Below the pieces are notes generated by a model, which had not been told where the DNA came from, searched no databases, and was given only the letters and a program-made list of their open reading frames with translations. The translations under genes and the position numbers were made by a program. A DNA stretch of 64,000 nucleotides from Candidatus Latescibacterota bacterium (GTDB lineage: Bacteria; Latescibacterota; UBA2968; UBA8231): the NCBI GenBank assembly GCA_965248265.1, contig CBDFJF010000002.1, forward strand, positions 768,001-832,000, given 5' to 3'. Numbering within the stretch: the first letter of the stretch is position 1; the number at the start of each line of letters is the position of its first letter. Shown here piece by piece: positions 30,867 through 40,731 of this stretch.

Positions 30867-31891
30867 GCGGGAAGGCTGAGCCGCTGGTTCGCGTTGTCGA
30901 TCTGAAGAAACAGTTCGCCGTTCGACGCGGTGTGTGGGGGAAAGTGACCGGCGCGGTGCGCGCGGTTGACGGTGTCAGTCTGGAAATCCAGGAAGCGGAG
31001 ACCCTCGGGGTCGTCGGAGAGAGTGGCTGTGGCAAGACCACCCTCGGCCGCTTGATCCTGAATCTTCTCGACGCGACCTCAGGGGAGGTGTATTTTAGGA
31101 ATCGCGATTTAAGGCGATTGGGACGGGCACAAATGCGACTCCTGCGCCGGCAAATGCAGATTGTCTTTCAGGATCCCTACAGCTCGCTGAACCCGAGAAT
31201 GAAAACCGGGCGAATCATCAGTGAGGGGTTGAGGATTCACGGACTCGCAACCGGTTCAGACCTGGATCGACGCGTGATCCGTCTGCTGGACGTGGTGGGC
31301 CTGCCATCCGACGCGGTTGATCGCTATCCCCACGAGTTCAGCGGCGGTCAAAAACAACGGATCTGCATTGCGCGTGCGCTGTCCGTTGAGCCGGAGTTCA
31401 TCGTCGCGGATGAGCCTGTTTCGGCCCTGGACGTTTCCGTCCAGGCTCAGATCGTGAATCTGCTACAGGACATTCAGGCAGAGCTGGGGTTGACGTATTT
31501 GTTCATCGCCCATGACCTCAGCGTGGTCCGGCAGATCTCCGACAGGGTCGCTGTGATGTACCTGGGGAAGATAGTCGAGGTCGGCACCAGCGAGTTGATC
31601 TACAGGGATCCCTCTCATCCGTACACGAGGGCGTTGCTGGCTGCGGTGCCCGTACCTGATCCGGGAAAGCGAGGGCAGCGGGCGAGACACCATCTGTTGC
31701 AGGGTGATGTCCCCAATCCGGCGGCGATTCCCTCAGGATGTCCGTTCCATCCGCGCTGTCCAGAACGGGTGGATGTGTGTCGACAAGCTGTGCCTCCACT
31801 GGCGACGATCGTGGACGGTCGCCAGGTGGCTTGCCATTTGAGACACACCGAGTTGATTGGTAGGACGCCGGGAGAAGAGCAAACCGAATGA
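30863..31891 (+). CDS. oppF: Oligopeptide/dipeptide ABC transporter ATP-binding protein (OppF/DppF-like)
   Basis: [48 protein letters not shown]. Confidence 0.9.
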   Translation: MSGKAEPLVRVVDLKKQFAVRRGVWGKVTGAVRAVDGVSLEIQEAETLGVVGESGCGKTTLGRLILNLLDATSGEVYFRNRDLRRLGRAQMRLLRRQMQIVFQDPYSSLNPRMKTGRIISEGLRIHGLATGSDLDRRVIRLLDVVGLPSDAVDRYPHEFSGGQKQRICIARALSVEPEFIVADEPVSALDVSVQAQIVNLLQDIQAELGLTYLFIAHDLSVVRQISDRVAVMYLGKIVEVGTSELIYRDPSHPYTRALLAAVPVPDPGKRGQRARHHLLQGDVPNPAAIPSGCPFHPRCPERVDVCRQAVPPLATIVDGRQVACHLRHTELIGRTPGEEQTE

Positions 31892-31910
31892 ACAGGAGAC
31901 GTGACAGGTT

Positions 31911-33725
31911 ATGATGACCAAACTGCGCGAGAAAACGGCCATTGTCATGTGGTTCGTCATCCTCGCCTTCGTTGGTTTGATCGTTTTCGAATGGGGTGCC
32001 GATTTCGGAGGAGGGTCTCGGGTCGCCAGCGGGGATGCTGTCGGCGTCATCAACGGCGAAGAAATATCGCTGCGCTTTTTTCAGAGCGCCCTCAAGAATG
32101 TTGCCAGGCAAACGAGCCGCGAAGAGAGGGCCGATGAGGGCAAGCTGATCCGCGACGTGTGGGACAAGCTGGTCGGAGATGCGCTTGTGCGTCAGGAGTT
32201 GAACCGGCTTGGAATATCTATTTCCGACAAGGAGCTGGCGTATTACACGCGGGTGCAGCCGCCCGAGGCCGTGCAGGCGATGGAGGTATTTCAGGTCGAG
32301 GGTGAGTTCGATCCGAATGTCTACAATCAATTCCTCAACGACCGCAATACCTACAGCGATCCCAATAGCAAAAACTTCGTTCTGCAGCTCGAGCAGTTGC
32401 AGCGCAACCAGCTGCTCAACTTCCGGCTGCGACAAACCTTTCTGGAGTCGATCCAGGTGACTCCAGACGAGGTCCGCCAGCACTACGCCCAGAACAATGA
32501 AAAGGTTAGCGTCGAGTACGTGTTCTCCCCGGCAACGGGCATAGCCGATTCAACGGTTGTCGTCTCTGAAGCCGATGTCGAGCAGTATTACGGCGAACAC
32601 GCGGAGGATTACTTCCACCGCGACCAGATCAAACTCGCGTACGTGTTTTTTCCAAGGACTCCAACCAGTGCGGATTCTGCGGGGGTGCTGGCAGACATTC
32701 AATCCCTCAGGGAGGACATCGTGGGCGGTGCGGATTTCGGCCAGATGGCAGCCGCCGTTTCGGAGGACGCGGGCAGCGCTGCCAACGCTGGGGACCTTGG
32801 TGTATTCGGTCGCGGAGCCATGGTCAAGCCGTTTGAGGAGGTTGCCTTCAACCTGTCAATCGGTCAGGTGTCTGAGCCGGTACGCACGCAATTCGGACTA
32901 CACCTGATCAAGGTCGAAGATAAGGTTCAAGAGGACGGCGAGGACAAGATTAGCGCTCGCCATATTCTGTTGAAATACAAGGCCTCGCCGGACACGGAGG
33001 AAGCCATTTTCGAGCGTGCCACGGCCTTCGCGGCCCTGGCAACCGAGCGTGGTTTCGACACGGCCGCGCAGATCGAAGGCGTGCAGGTTCGAACACCCGG
33101 GTACATCAGTCGCGCCGGCGTGATCCCCGGTCTCGGAGGCGGGACTACCTGGGTCGTGAATCAGTTTTTCGACAGCCAGCCCGGCACGATAAGCAGGGTC
33201 GGCTCAGCGGAGACCGGGTATTGGGTTGCCCACGCACTCGAGCACCGAGCTGAAGGGATTGCGCCTCTCGAGGATGCACGGCGGCGGGTGGAACAGAAGG
33301 TGCGCCAGGTGGAAAAAGCCGAAGTGGCCAAAGCGCCGCTCGAGCGCATCCGCGAGCAGGTGCTGGCCGGCACGAATCTGAATGAAGCGGCTCAAAGCGC
33401 CGGCCTGGAAGTCGTCGTTACCGAACCGTTCTCTCGGGCCGACTACGTGCCCGAAGTGGGACGTGGCAATCGTTTTGTCGGAGAGGCTTTTCGATTGCAT
33501 CGTGGCGATCTCAGCGAGGTCATCACCACGAACCTGGGCGCCTACGTCATGCGACTGGCGGACAGGCAGGACCTGGATGAATCGCAGTTCCTGGCGGACA
33601 GGCCGTCCGTGGAGCAGGAGTTGCTTCAACAGAGACAAACTGAGGCGCTGCAGCTTTGGCTCGTGAACATGTACGAATCCGCTGACATCGTTGATAACCG
33701 TCACCTGTTTGATTACAGATTCTGA
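31911..33725 (+). CDS. ppiD: PpiD/SurA-like membrane-anchored parvulin peptidyl-prolyl isomerase
   Basis: MMTKLRE plus N-terminal TM, SurA-N-like region, SED.GS..GDLG.F..MVKPFEE..PVRTQFG.HLIKV. Confidence 0.85.
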   Translation: MMTKLREKTAIVMWFVILAFVGLIVFEWGADFGGGSRVASGDAVGVINGEEISLRFFQSALKNVARQTSREERADEGKLIRDVWDKLVGDALVRQELNRLGISISDKELAYYTRVQPPEAVQAMEVFQVEGEFDPNVYNQFLNDRNTYSDPNSKNFVLQLEQLQRNQLLNFRLRQTFLESIQVTPDEVRQHYAQNNEKVSVEYVFSPATGIADSTVVVSEADVEQYYGEHAEDYFHRDQIKLAYVFFPRTPTSADSAGVLADIQSLREDIVGGADFGQMAAAVSEDAGSAANAGDLGVFGRGAMVKPFEEVAFNLSIGQVSEPVRTQFGLHLIKVEDKVQEDGEDKISARHILLKYKASPDTEEAIFERATAFAALATERGFDTAAQIEGVQVRTPGYISRAGVIPGLGGGTTWVVNQFFDSQPGTISRVGSAETGYWVAHALEHRAEGIAPLEDARRRVEQKVRQVEKAEVAKAPLERIREQVLAGTNLNEAAQSAGLEVVVTEPFSRADYVPEVGRGNRFVGEAFRLHRGDLSEVITTNLGAYVMRLADRQDLDESQFLADRPSVEQELLQQRQTEALQLWLVNMYESADIVDNRHLFDYRF

Positions 33726-33755
33726 TTCCGATTTTCGAAACACAAAGGAGCAAAG

Positions 33756-34667
33756 ATGCCAGCAAGTCCCGGAAACACGAAGGTCGGCGTGGTGGGATTG
33801 GGAATCATGGGGGCGCCGATGGCGATCAATCTGAGCAAAGCCGGATACGCTCTCAGGGTCTACAATCGTACAGACCGGCCACGGGTCCAGGAAGTCATCG
33901 ACGCCGGTGCAGAACGCTGCGCCACTCCGAAGGACACGGCAGCGGGTTGCGATGTCATCATCACCATGGTGACGGATACCCCGGACGTGGAACAGGTAAT
34001 TTTCGGCGAGGATGGTGTCATCGAAGGGGCCGCAAAAGGGGCCACCGTCATCGACATGAGCACGATTTCTCCCAGCGCCACGAAGGACATGGCGGCGCGT
34101 CTCAAGGAGCGCGGAGTGGGCATGCTGGATGCCCCGGTCAGTGGCGGTGACGTCGGCGCGCAGCAGGGTACACTGTCGATCATGGTGGGTGGAGAGCAAA
34201 AGGTGTTCGATGAGTGCATGCCGGTGTTCGAGGCGATGGGAAAGAACATCAACCTCATCGGTGGCAATGGCGCTGGCCAGACGACCAAGGCTTGCAATCA
34301 GATCGGCGTTTCGGTGGCCAACCTGGGTATGGCCGAGGCGTTGATGTTAGCAGCCGCTTCAGGCCTGGATGTACAGCGTGTGCTGGACGCCATCAGCGGG
34401 GGCGCCGCCGGGTCATGGCAAATGAGCAATCTCGGTCCGCGCATTTTGCAAGGCGATTTCGCTCCCGGGTTCATGGTCAAGCTGCAGCAGAAGGATCTCA
34501 AGCTGGTCATAGAAGCGGCCAATGATGTCAATCTCGCCCTCCACGGGGTAAGCACGGCGCACCAACTGTTCAACGTAATCGAAGGGGCCGGATGTGGGGA
34601 TGAGGGCACTCAGGCGTTGATCAAGGCATACGAGGCGCAGGTCGGTACGCAGGCGCGAGCCAAGTAG
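33756..34667 (+). CDS. garR: NAD(P)-dependent beta-hydroxyacid dehydrogenase (2-hydroxy-3-oxopropionate reductase-like)
   Basis: GLGIMGAPMA.NL, DMSTISP, LDAPVSGG, GAGQTTKACNQ, F.PGF...LQQKDL. Confidence 0.85.
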   Translation: MPASPGNTKVGVVGLGIMGAPMAINLSKAGYALRVYNRTDRPRVQEVIDAGAERCATPKDTAAGCDVIITMVTDTPDVEQVIFGEDGVIEGAAKGATVIDMSTISPSATKDMAARLKERGVGMLDAPVSGGDVGAQQGTLSIMVGGEQKVFDECMPVFEAMGKNINLIGGNGAGQTTKACNQIGVSVANLGMAEALMLAAASGLDVQRVLDAISGGAAGSWQMSNLGPRILQGDFAPGFMVKLQQKDLKLVIEAANDVNLALHGVSTAHQLFNVIEGAGCGDEGTQALIKAYEAQVGTQARAK

Positions 34668-34715
34668 CCGTCACCGGCCGCGGCGGATGGTTTCCCGGCA
34701 GAGGGTGAGAGATCC

Positions 34716-35507
34716 ATGATCCAGTTGAGCAAAGTGGGTGTGCTGCTACGAGACGAGTCGCAGCAACATCCGTACGACGAACTGGCAGCTCTGCTCGACC
34801 AGAACGCGATCCAGGCAGTATTCCTCAGCTGGGACGGAGATCCACCCGCCGATCTTGATCTCATCATCGCCATGGGAGGCGACGGCACGGTACTCAAGGC
34901 TCTGGATGTGGGGTCGACGGTACCGGTGCTGGCTGTCAATTTCGGTACGGTCGGTTTCCTCACAGCCGGCGACCGCAGTGAGTTGACGACGATCGTAGAC
35001 CGTCTGATCGCAGGCGATTACATCGTCAGTGAACGACTCGTCCTCCAGTGCACCCATCCATCTGGTGAGATTCGCGCGATCAACGAGGTGATCGTGCGTA
35101 CCAGTAGCCGCTTCTGTTTCGTCGACGTCCACGTGGATGGCACCAAGATTCGCACCATTCAGGGAGACGGAGTCGTCGTCGGCACCCCGACGGGCAGCAC
35201 TGGTTTTCTGTTGTCAGCGGGCGCTCCCATTGTCATGCCCGACGTGCGCTGTTTCATCCTCGACGGCATCCACGAGCACAACTTCACTTCACGTACCCTC
35301 GTGGTGTCTCCGGATTCCAACATTCGCCTGAGTATCAGCCCCCAGACGCGGGATCCGCACGTTTACCTGACCGCCGACGGCCGCCAGGTGCGGGACCTCA
35401 TGCCCGGCGACGAGCTGCTGATCAAGCGCTCGGAAACCTCGGCGAAGCTCATCTATTTCGAGCCTCACTACTTCTTCCACAATCTGTCTTCGAAGCTCGA
35501 CTGGTAA
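34716..35507 (+). CDS. nadK: NAD(+) kinase
   Basis: GGDGT, G.VGFL, INE, GDG..VGTPTGSTG...SAG. Confidence 0.88.
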   Translation: MIQLSKVGVLLRDESQQHPYDELAALLDQNAIQAVFLSWDGDPPADLDLIIAMGGDGTVLKALDVGSTVPVLAVNFGTVGFLTAGDRSELTTIVDRLIAGDYIVSERLVLQCTHPSGEIRAINEVIVRTSSRFCFVDVHVDGTKIRTIQGDGVVVGTPTGSTGFLLSAGAPIVMPDVRCFILDGIHEHNFTSRTLVVSPDSNIRLSISPQTRDPHVYLTADGRQVRDLMPGDELLIKRSETSAKLIYFEPHYFFHNLSSKLDW

Positions 35508-35513
35508 GGCGGA

Positions 35514-37034
35514 TTACAGAATGCCGGTTCGGTTACTCGAGCCGTCTTCGAGCAGGTCCTCTGGCACGGCGATATTGAGCTGTTGAACCTCGCTCGGCGA
35601 CAGGGAGTTGAGCCGCTCTATCAGCGCTCTGAAGCGGTCTGTTTCGGAAGGCTGTGCCAGTCCTTCAGCAAGCGTAGTGAGCTTCTCGACATATTGCGCC
35701 CGAGCGAACGGGCGTGCACCCAGGATGTGGGCGTTGGGATTGTCCAGCGTCTCCAGGATTCTGGTTCCGCCGCCGTTCATTCGGATCTCGACTTCAGCGC
35801 CAAATTTCTTGCTGGCCGGATCAGGATCGTGATAGGCCTCCGTCCATGGGGCGCTCTCTTCCGTGCGAATTCGCTGCCACAGGCGTACTGTTGAAGCCCG
35901 GTGGGCGCGTTCGGCAGTGTAGCTGTCGACGTGATGCCAACTGCCGTCTTCCCAGGCAACGGCAAGGATGTACATGGCGCTATGATCGAGGGTCTCACGG
36001 GAGGCATCCGGGTCGAACTTCTGCGGGTCCTGCGAACCCGTGCCGATGACGTTGTGGGTGTGATGGGAAGTGCGGACGATCACCTCATCGACCTCGTCGA
36101 GCGGTAGATTGCGAGCGTGCAGGGCGAAGCCGATGTCGACGAGTGCCTGTGCCTGATATTCGGCGGAGTGTTCCTTGGTGTAGGAATCCATGATGGCGCG
36201 TAGACGGTTTCCCGGGGGCGGGAGTGCAACCTCATACTCGTGGTCGGGGCCGCTGAGCATCCAGGCGATGACGGCATCGCGCCCTTCATAGATCGGCGAC
36301 GGCGCACATTCGCCGAGAACGGCGCGGCCGACTGCTTCGATAGCGGTCTTTCCCGCCTGTGCAGGGGCGTAGGCCTTCCAGCTGGTGATGTCCCCCTTGC
36401 GGGACTGACGGGTGGCACAGGACAGATGGAGGCTCTGATTGATGGCCTGGAAGATGACCTCAGGCTCAAGGTGCAACAGGGTGCCCAGTCCGGCCGCCAC
36501 GGCCGGAGCGAGGTGGGCGACATGGTCGATCTTGTGTTCGTGTAGGCAGATTCCCGTGACCAGGGCCATCTGGGTCTCGTAGGCCGTCGCGATTCCGAGG
36601 GCCAGGTCCGCTCCCGCGCATCCCTTCTGCTGGGCAACCGCAAGCAAAGGTGGGATGGTGTCTCCCGGATGCGAGTAGTCGGCTGCCAGGTAACAGTCAT
36701 GCATATCGAGTTCGCGCACTGCGACTCCGTTGGCGAGGGCCGCCCACTCACAGTGGAACCGTGACTCGGAGGGCAGGCCGAACAGACAGGCGCCCTGCAG
36801 CGTAGGATGCGGGTACCCGAGCGCGAGAAGCCTGGCATGGCGGACCGGCAAGCGGTTGATGGCAGCGATGGCGACGGCGGCATTATCGATCAGACGGTTG
36901 CCGATCATCTCGCAAACGTCATCGTCGAGTTCTCGATTGGAGGCTGCCATGTTGGCCAGTCTCCACGCCAACTGGTCTTCCCGGGGCAGGACCGCGCCCT
37001 CTGGATGTGTGCGTACCGGGAAACGCTGCATCAT
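35514..37034 (-). CDS. prpD: MmgE/PrpD family 2-methylcitrate dehydratase
   Basis: NGVAVRELD.HD..LAADYSHPGD.IPP, CLHEHKIDHVAH, SWKAYAP, YTKEHSAEYQ, RETLDHS. Confidence 0.9.
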   Translation of the reverse strand: MMQRFPVRTHPEGAVLPREDQLAWRLANMAASNRELDDDVCEMIGNRLIDNAAVAIAAINRLPVRHARLLALGYPHPTLQGACLFGLPSESRFHCEWAALANGVAVRELDMHDCYLAADYSHPGDTIPPLLAVAQQKGCAGADLALGIATAYETQMALVTGICLHEHKIDHVAHLAPAVAAGLGTLLHLEPEVIFQAINQSLHLSCATRQSRKGDITSWKAYAPAQAGKTAIEAVGRAVLGECAPSPIYEGRDAVIAWMLSGPDHEYEVALPPPGNRLRAIMDSYTKEHSAEYQAQALVDIGFALHARNLPLDEVDEVIVRTSHHTHNVIGTGSQDPQKFDPDASRETLDHSAMYILAVAWEDGSWHHVDSYTAERAHRASTVRLWQRIRTEESAPWTEAYHDPDPASKKFGAEVEIRMNGGGTRILETLDNPNAHILGARPFARAQYVEKLTTLAEGLAQPSETDRFRALIERLNSLSPSEVQQLNIAVPEDLLEDGSSNRTGIL

Positions 37035-37215
37035 GATTCCGAGTGGTAGACGGTGGAGGGGTGCATGAGGAACATCCGTCCTATTGAAAGGGAAGGAAAA
37101 TAGAAAGGCATGGAAAATGAACTCTGCGATTGCCAGGCTCAAAATAAGAGCTACCGGTCGAGCGGCAACAGGGCAACATCCGCGTTGAACCCGGGTGGTC
37201 AAACGCGTATGATCT

Positions 37216-38568
37216 ATGGGATGCGACAGCTACATTCTGACATACACATTTTCACAACCTTGCATGGATGATTTCCCTCCGATGAGCAAGACGACGCTGT
37301 TCGACGAACACTACACCCGTAGCAAGCACGACCTGTTGCAGCTGGTGGTGGAACGTCTGCGTCCGATCTACACACCCGAAGAGGCTGCGGCGTTGCGGAT
37401 CGATCCGGTGGATCCGGGTATTCTCTCCCAGCGGTCCGGGCGCGGGTTCGTCAATCGTGATATCCTGGAAACCGTACTGGGCAACTTGCTCGAGTGCGTC
37501 GCTCCTGGCTCGCACAACGCGCTGGACCAACAGGATGAGGGGGACTGTGACCTGACTGCTGCTTTAGGTGAGTTGGCGGATCAACTCTACGCCATGATCG
37601 CGCAGTCGTTTCAGGCGGTGGAGGAGGTGGAGAATTTGGAAGAGAAGTCGCTGAATGCGACGTTCTCGCTGTTGTGGAGCTTGCCCGAACTCAAGGTGCG
37701 CTCCATGTGGAATCGCTTCGCGGCGCTGAAGGACCCGGCGGTGTGGGACGCCTACCTGATGCATCGCTGCGGTCTGACGCCAGAAGAATTGTCGAGACTG
37801 GACTTCGGCGCACACGTGGATGAGACCATCAGGCGGCGCGACCTCGACCACTACCGCTCCTTCCTGCAGGAGCTCGACTGCTCCTATATCCTCAGTTACC
37901 AGATGCAACTGGTGATGAGTACCTATCCGGGATGGCGGGTGCTGCTGTATCACGAAGTCGCCAACGCGCTGACCAAGACGGGATCGGTCGACGATAGCGA
38001 CAACCTGCAGAGAATGCCCGTGCCGCTGTTATCGAGGGCCATCGCAGAACTAGGGGCGCGCTACTACCAGGCTGACATCCATCCGGAGACAGAGATCGGC
38101 GACGCCAATTTCCTCGACCACACCCACAGGGGACTGACCACCGGCCAGACCGGAGTCATCGGGTGCGGATGCCATATCATGCCGTGCACGCTCGGAGGCC
38201 TGACGCGAAGGCTGAGAAGACGGCATCCGCTCATCGGCGATTACGTGATCATCGGAACAGACGCCGACCTACTCGGTCCCGTCCGCATCGGCGACCGCTC
38301 GATAATCGGACCGAGTACGCAGATCTACGGGCTGGTAGAAACCGGTGCCGACTGTCGAATCGGCTCTTCCGTCGTCATCGGCACGGTTAAAACAGGGGAG
38401 ACGAAACCGGGTCGCATTCTCATCGGCAGCGGCGTGCAGGTAGGGGATGGCACGATCGTGGAGAACCGTTCCGAACTCGACCTGGTGATCCCGGACAAGG
38501 CTCAGATTCCGGCCCTCAGTCACCTCACCAACGACGGTAACAGCAACCCGCGTTTCGTGCGAGCATAG
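37216..38568 (+). CDS. Serine O-acetyltransferase-like hexapeptide-repeat protein with long N-terminal extension
   Basis: YPG, DIHPETEIG, LDH, TLGG..RRHP.IGD.V.IG..LGPV.IG; start uncertain (37216/37264/37282). Confidence 0.7.
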   Translation: MGCDSYILTYTFSQPCMDDFPPMSKTTLFDEHYTRSKHDLLQLVVERLRPIYTPEEAAALRIDPVDPGILSQRSGRGFVNRDILETVLGNLLECVAPGSHNALDQQDEGDCDLTAALGELADQLYAMIAQSFQAVEEVENLEEKSLNATFSLLWSLPELKVRSMWNRFAALKDPAVWDAYLMHRCGLTPEELSRLDFGAHVDETIRRRDLDHYRSFLQELDCSYILSYQMQLVMSTYPGWRVLLYHEVANALTKTGSVDDSDNLQRMPVPLLSRAIAELGARYYQADIHPETEIGDANFLDHTHRGLTTGQTGVIGCGCHIMPCTLGGLTRRLRRRHPLIGDYVIIGTDADLLGPVRIGDRSIIGPSTQIYGLVETGADCRIGSSVVIGTVKTGETKPGRILIGSGVQVGDGTIVENRSELDLVIPDKAQIPALSHLTNDGNSNPRFVRA

Positions 38569-38613
38569 GGGCCGCGAGCAGGATAGGATAAAATACGAAC
38601 AGCAGAAAAGGAG

Positions 38614-38647
38614 AAGGGGCGCCTGCGAATCCGCTGGCGCCCCTTTT
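38614..38647. terminator. Likely bidirectional intrinsic terminator
   Basis: AAGGGGCGCC-loop-GGCGCCCCTTTT between convergent genes. Confidence 0.75.
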
Positions 38648-38678
38648 GACGTTAACTCCGCCGTTACTGGGCGAGCCC

Positions 38679-39377
38679 CTACAGGCCGGCCACCAAGGTC
38701 ACCACGAGGCCGACGTCATCCTGCTTCGCGTCGCCGGCGATGCCGATGGTGATGCCGGCGTTGATGACGGCTTTCTCGTTCAAGGTGATGTCGACGTTGG
38801 GACCGAGGTTGATACCAAGGTTGTCGCCGAAGCTATCCGTGTTGGTGCCGACGAGGACGTCGAGGTAGCCCGTGAGCTTGTCTCCCATTGCCTTGGTGGG
38901 TTCGATCAGCAGGTTCAAGCCAATCCCGTCCGCATGATAGCCTTCCAGCAGGGTTGCCTGCAACCAGTGGTTAACAGACAGGCCCGAGTCCATTTCCTTC
39001 GTTTTCATAGCTCCAATGGAGATTCCGGGGTCATCCGCGTCTCCAGTGGGTAACAGTATCGCGCCGGTGAGAGCCATCATCTCATTGGTGCCGAACTTGG
39101 CTCCGACCTCGATCGTGGACAGATCATCCTTGTTGTCATTCATGACGCCGAGGACGGCTCTGGCACCGACTTCGAGGTTGTCGGACACCGAGTATTTTCC
39201 CAAAACATTCAGATCGCTGACGTCGCCGAGGCTACCGATGTCGGCGCTGGCGATTCCCACGTCCACGCCTTTGGTTCCCTTCTCGGCCGGCAGGACGTAA
39301 TACAGATCATAGTGTTGAGCCGCGGCTGGCGTGACCGCGATAGCCGTCAGTAACAAAACGGCAAGAGCGTTGCGCAT
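38679..39377 (-). CDS. Secreted, probable outer-membrane beta-barrel protein
   Basis: Signal peptide (AAAQ), alternating amphipathic beta pattern, RBS GGGAGG. Confidence 0.6.
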   Translation of the reverse strand: MRNALAVLLLTAIAVTPAAAQHYDLYYVLPAEKGTKGVDVGIASADIGSLGDVSDLNVLGKYSVSDNLEVGARAVLGVMNDNKDDLSTIEVGAKFGTNEMMALTGAILLPTGDADDPGISIGAMKTKEMDSGLSVNHWLQATLLEGYHADGIGLNLLIEPTKAMGDKLTGYLDVLVGTNTDSFGDNLGINLGPNVDITLNEKAVINAGITIGIAGDAKQDDVGLVVTLVAGL

Positions 39378-39522
39378 GAGATCCCTCCCTAGTTGGATTC
39401 ATGAGATGTGCAAGGGCTGTGTGATTCGTTCACACAAATTCCAGCAAGCCAAAGATAGCAACAGGCAAACAGGTTGACAAAACGTCCGGAGCAAGACTGG
39501 GGGGGCGAAAATCGAGAAAGGG

Positions 39523-39531
39523 TGCTATACT
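39523..39531 (+). promoter_or_regulatory. Possible extended -10 promoter
   Basis: TGcTATACT ~100 nt upstream of the 39628 start. Confidence 0.35.
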
Positions 39532-39627
39532 TGAGTACTTAGTAATGAGGCGGGAACGCTAACCCCGTGCACCCTTTAGAGGATTTTTTTTATCCACCAT
39601 GCAAGTTACACGGGAGGTATACTTGCG

Positions 39628-40617
39628 ATGAAGAAGACTTTCGTAGGAGTCATGCTGATCTTCAGCATGCTCATGTTGATGTCGACGCTTGCGTTCGCCA
39701 GTGAACCGCGAATCAATGTGCTGACGGGCGGCAACAACCTATCGACGCCGGAAGACGATCTGGATGTCTACAATTTTCCTCACACCTTGGGCTCAAGTGG
39801 CTCTTTCGTGTACGCGGACGCGGGGGCTGACTATGTCGCCTACGCTGGTAGCAACTGGATCGCGGGTATCAACCGCAGCTCATCGGGCATGGATAACGTC
39901 GGTATCGCTCGCGAGCCGATCATCGATCTCGGCTACTCCAACGGTTCGACCGGTATCATCGGGACCCTCGGTCTGGAAGACGCTGGTGGCCGTCAGATCC
40001 TGAGTCTTTCCGCTCGTGGCAGCACCGGTTCGGACGGTCGCGCACTGGCAGCTGAAGTCTCCTTCGTCGACGACGAAGGCGGTGAAACCGGAATCAGGCT
40101 TGGTGTGGATGCTCGGATGGATCGCGATGGCGGTCACTTCAAGTACCTCATCGTCGGTGTGTCCCTGGCCAGCAAGGATGCATCTGGGAACATGATGAGC
40201 AATGGTGGGGGTACCGACATTGAGGCCAGTGCCCTGCTCGCGGACAACGATATGATCTCGGACAGCGTCCGCCTGTTGTACGGTGTCGGCGTGGGTGTCG
40301 AGTTGCTCGACGGCGAGACCACAGCGATCTCGATCCCGACCCATGTCGGTGCGGAGATCGATGCCAAGAAATGGCTGACGCTAAGGGCCGGCGGCATGCG
40401 CGAATGGCGCATGGACTCGTGGGACGCGGATGCCACCATGGGCGGTGTTCCGGATGAGACGACATACGCCACCAAAACGGCGGTGAACTTCGGACTGGCG
40501 ATGACGTCCGGTGACGTTGCTGTCGATGTTCATCTGCTGAACTCGTTTCTGCATGATGGTATCGTGTTCGAGAAGGGTGGTTTTTCCAGCCACACCTCCG
40601 TGACCTACAGCTTCTAA
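39628..40617 (+). CDS. Probable outer-membrane beta-barrel protein (porin/FadL-like)
   Basis: Signal peptide (AFA-S), GAE.....WL.LRAG, C-terminal SVTYSF beta-signal, RBS GGGAGG. Confidence 0.7.
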   Translation: MKKTFVGVMLIFSMLMLMSTLAFASEPRINVLTGGNNLSTPEDDLDVYNFPHTLGSSGSFVYADAGADYVAYAGSNWIAGINRSSSGMDNVGIAREPIIDLGYSNGSTGIIGTLGLEDAGGRQILSLSARGSTGSDGRALAAEVSFVDDEGGETGIRLGVDARMDRDGGHFKYLIVGVSLASKDASGNMMSNGGGTDIEASALLADNDMISDSVRLLYGVGVGVELLDGETTAISIPTHVGAEIDAKKWLTLRAGGMREWRMDSWDADATMGGVPDETTYATKTAVNFGLAMTSGDVAVDVHLLNSFLHDGIVFEKGGFSSHTSVTYSF

Positions 40618-40676
40618 TAAGAACCGGACCGGTTCTAAGGACCGGGTCAGAGTTCAATTCTGAAGCTGAAAAACTG

Positions 40677-40710
40677 AAGGCCGTCCGGCGTATGCCGGGC
40701 GGCCTTTTTT
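40677..40710 (+). terminator. Intrinsic terminator
   Basis: AAGGCCGTCCGGC-GTAT-GCCGGGCGGCC followed by a T run. Confidence 0.85.
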
Positions 40711-40731
40711 CATTTCCCCCAACCCTGTTTG

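Noticed and set aside
29868-31891. oppD/oppF without permease or binding-protein genes as a novel system
   Set aside because: Split peptide-ABC operons are common; the partners are probably elsewhere.
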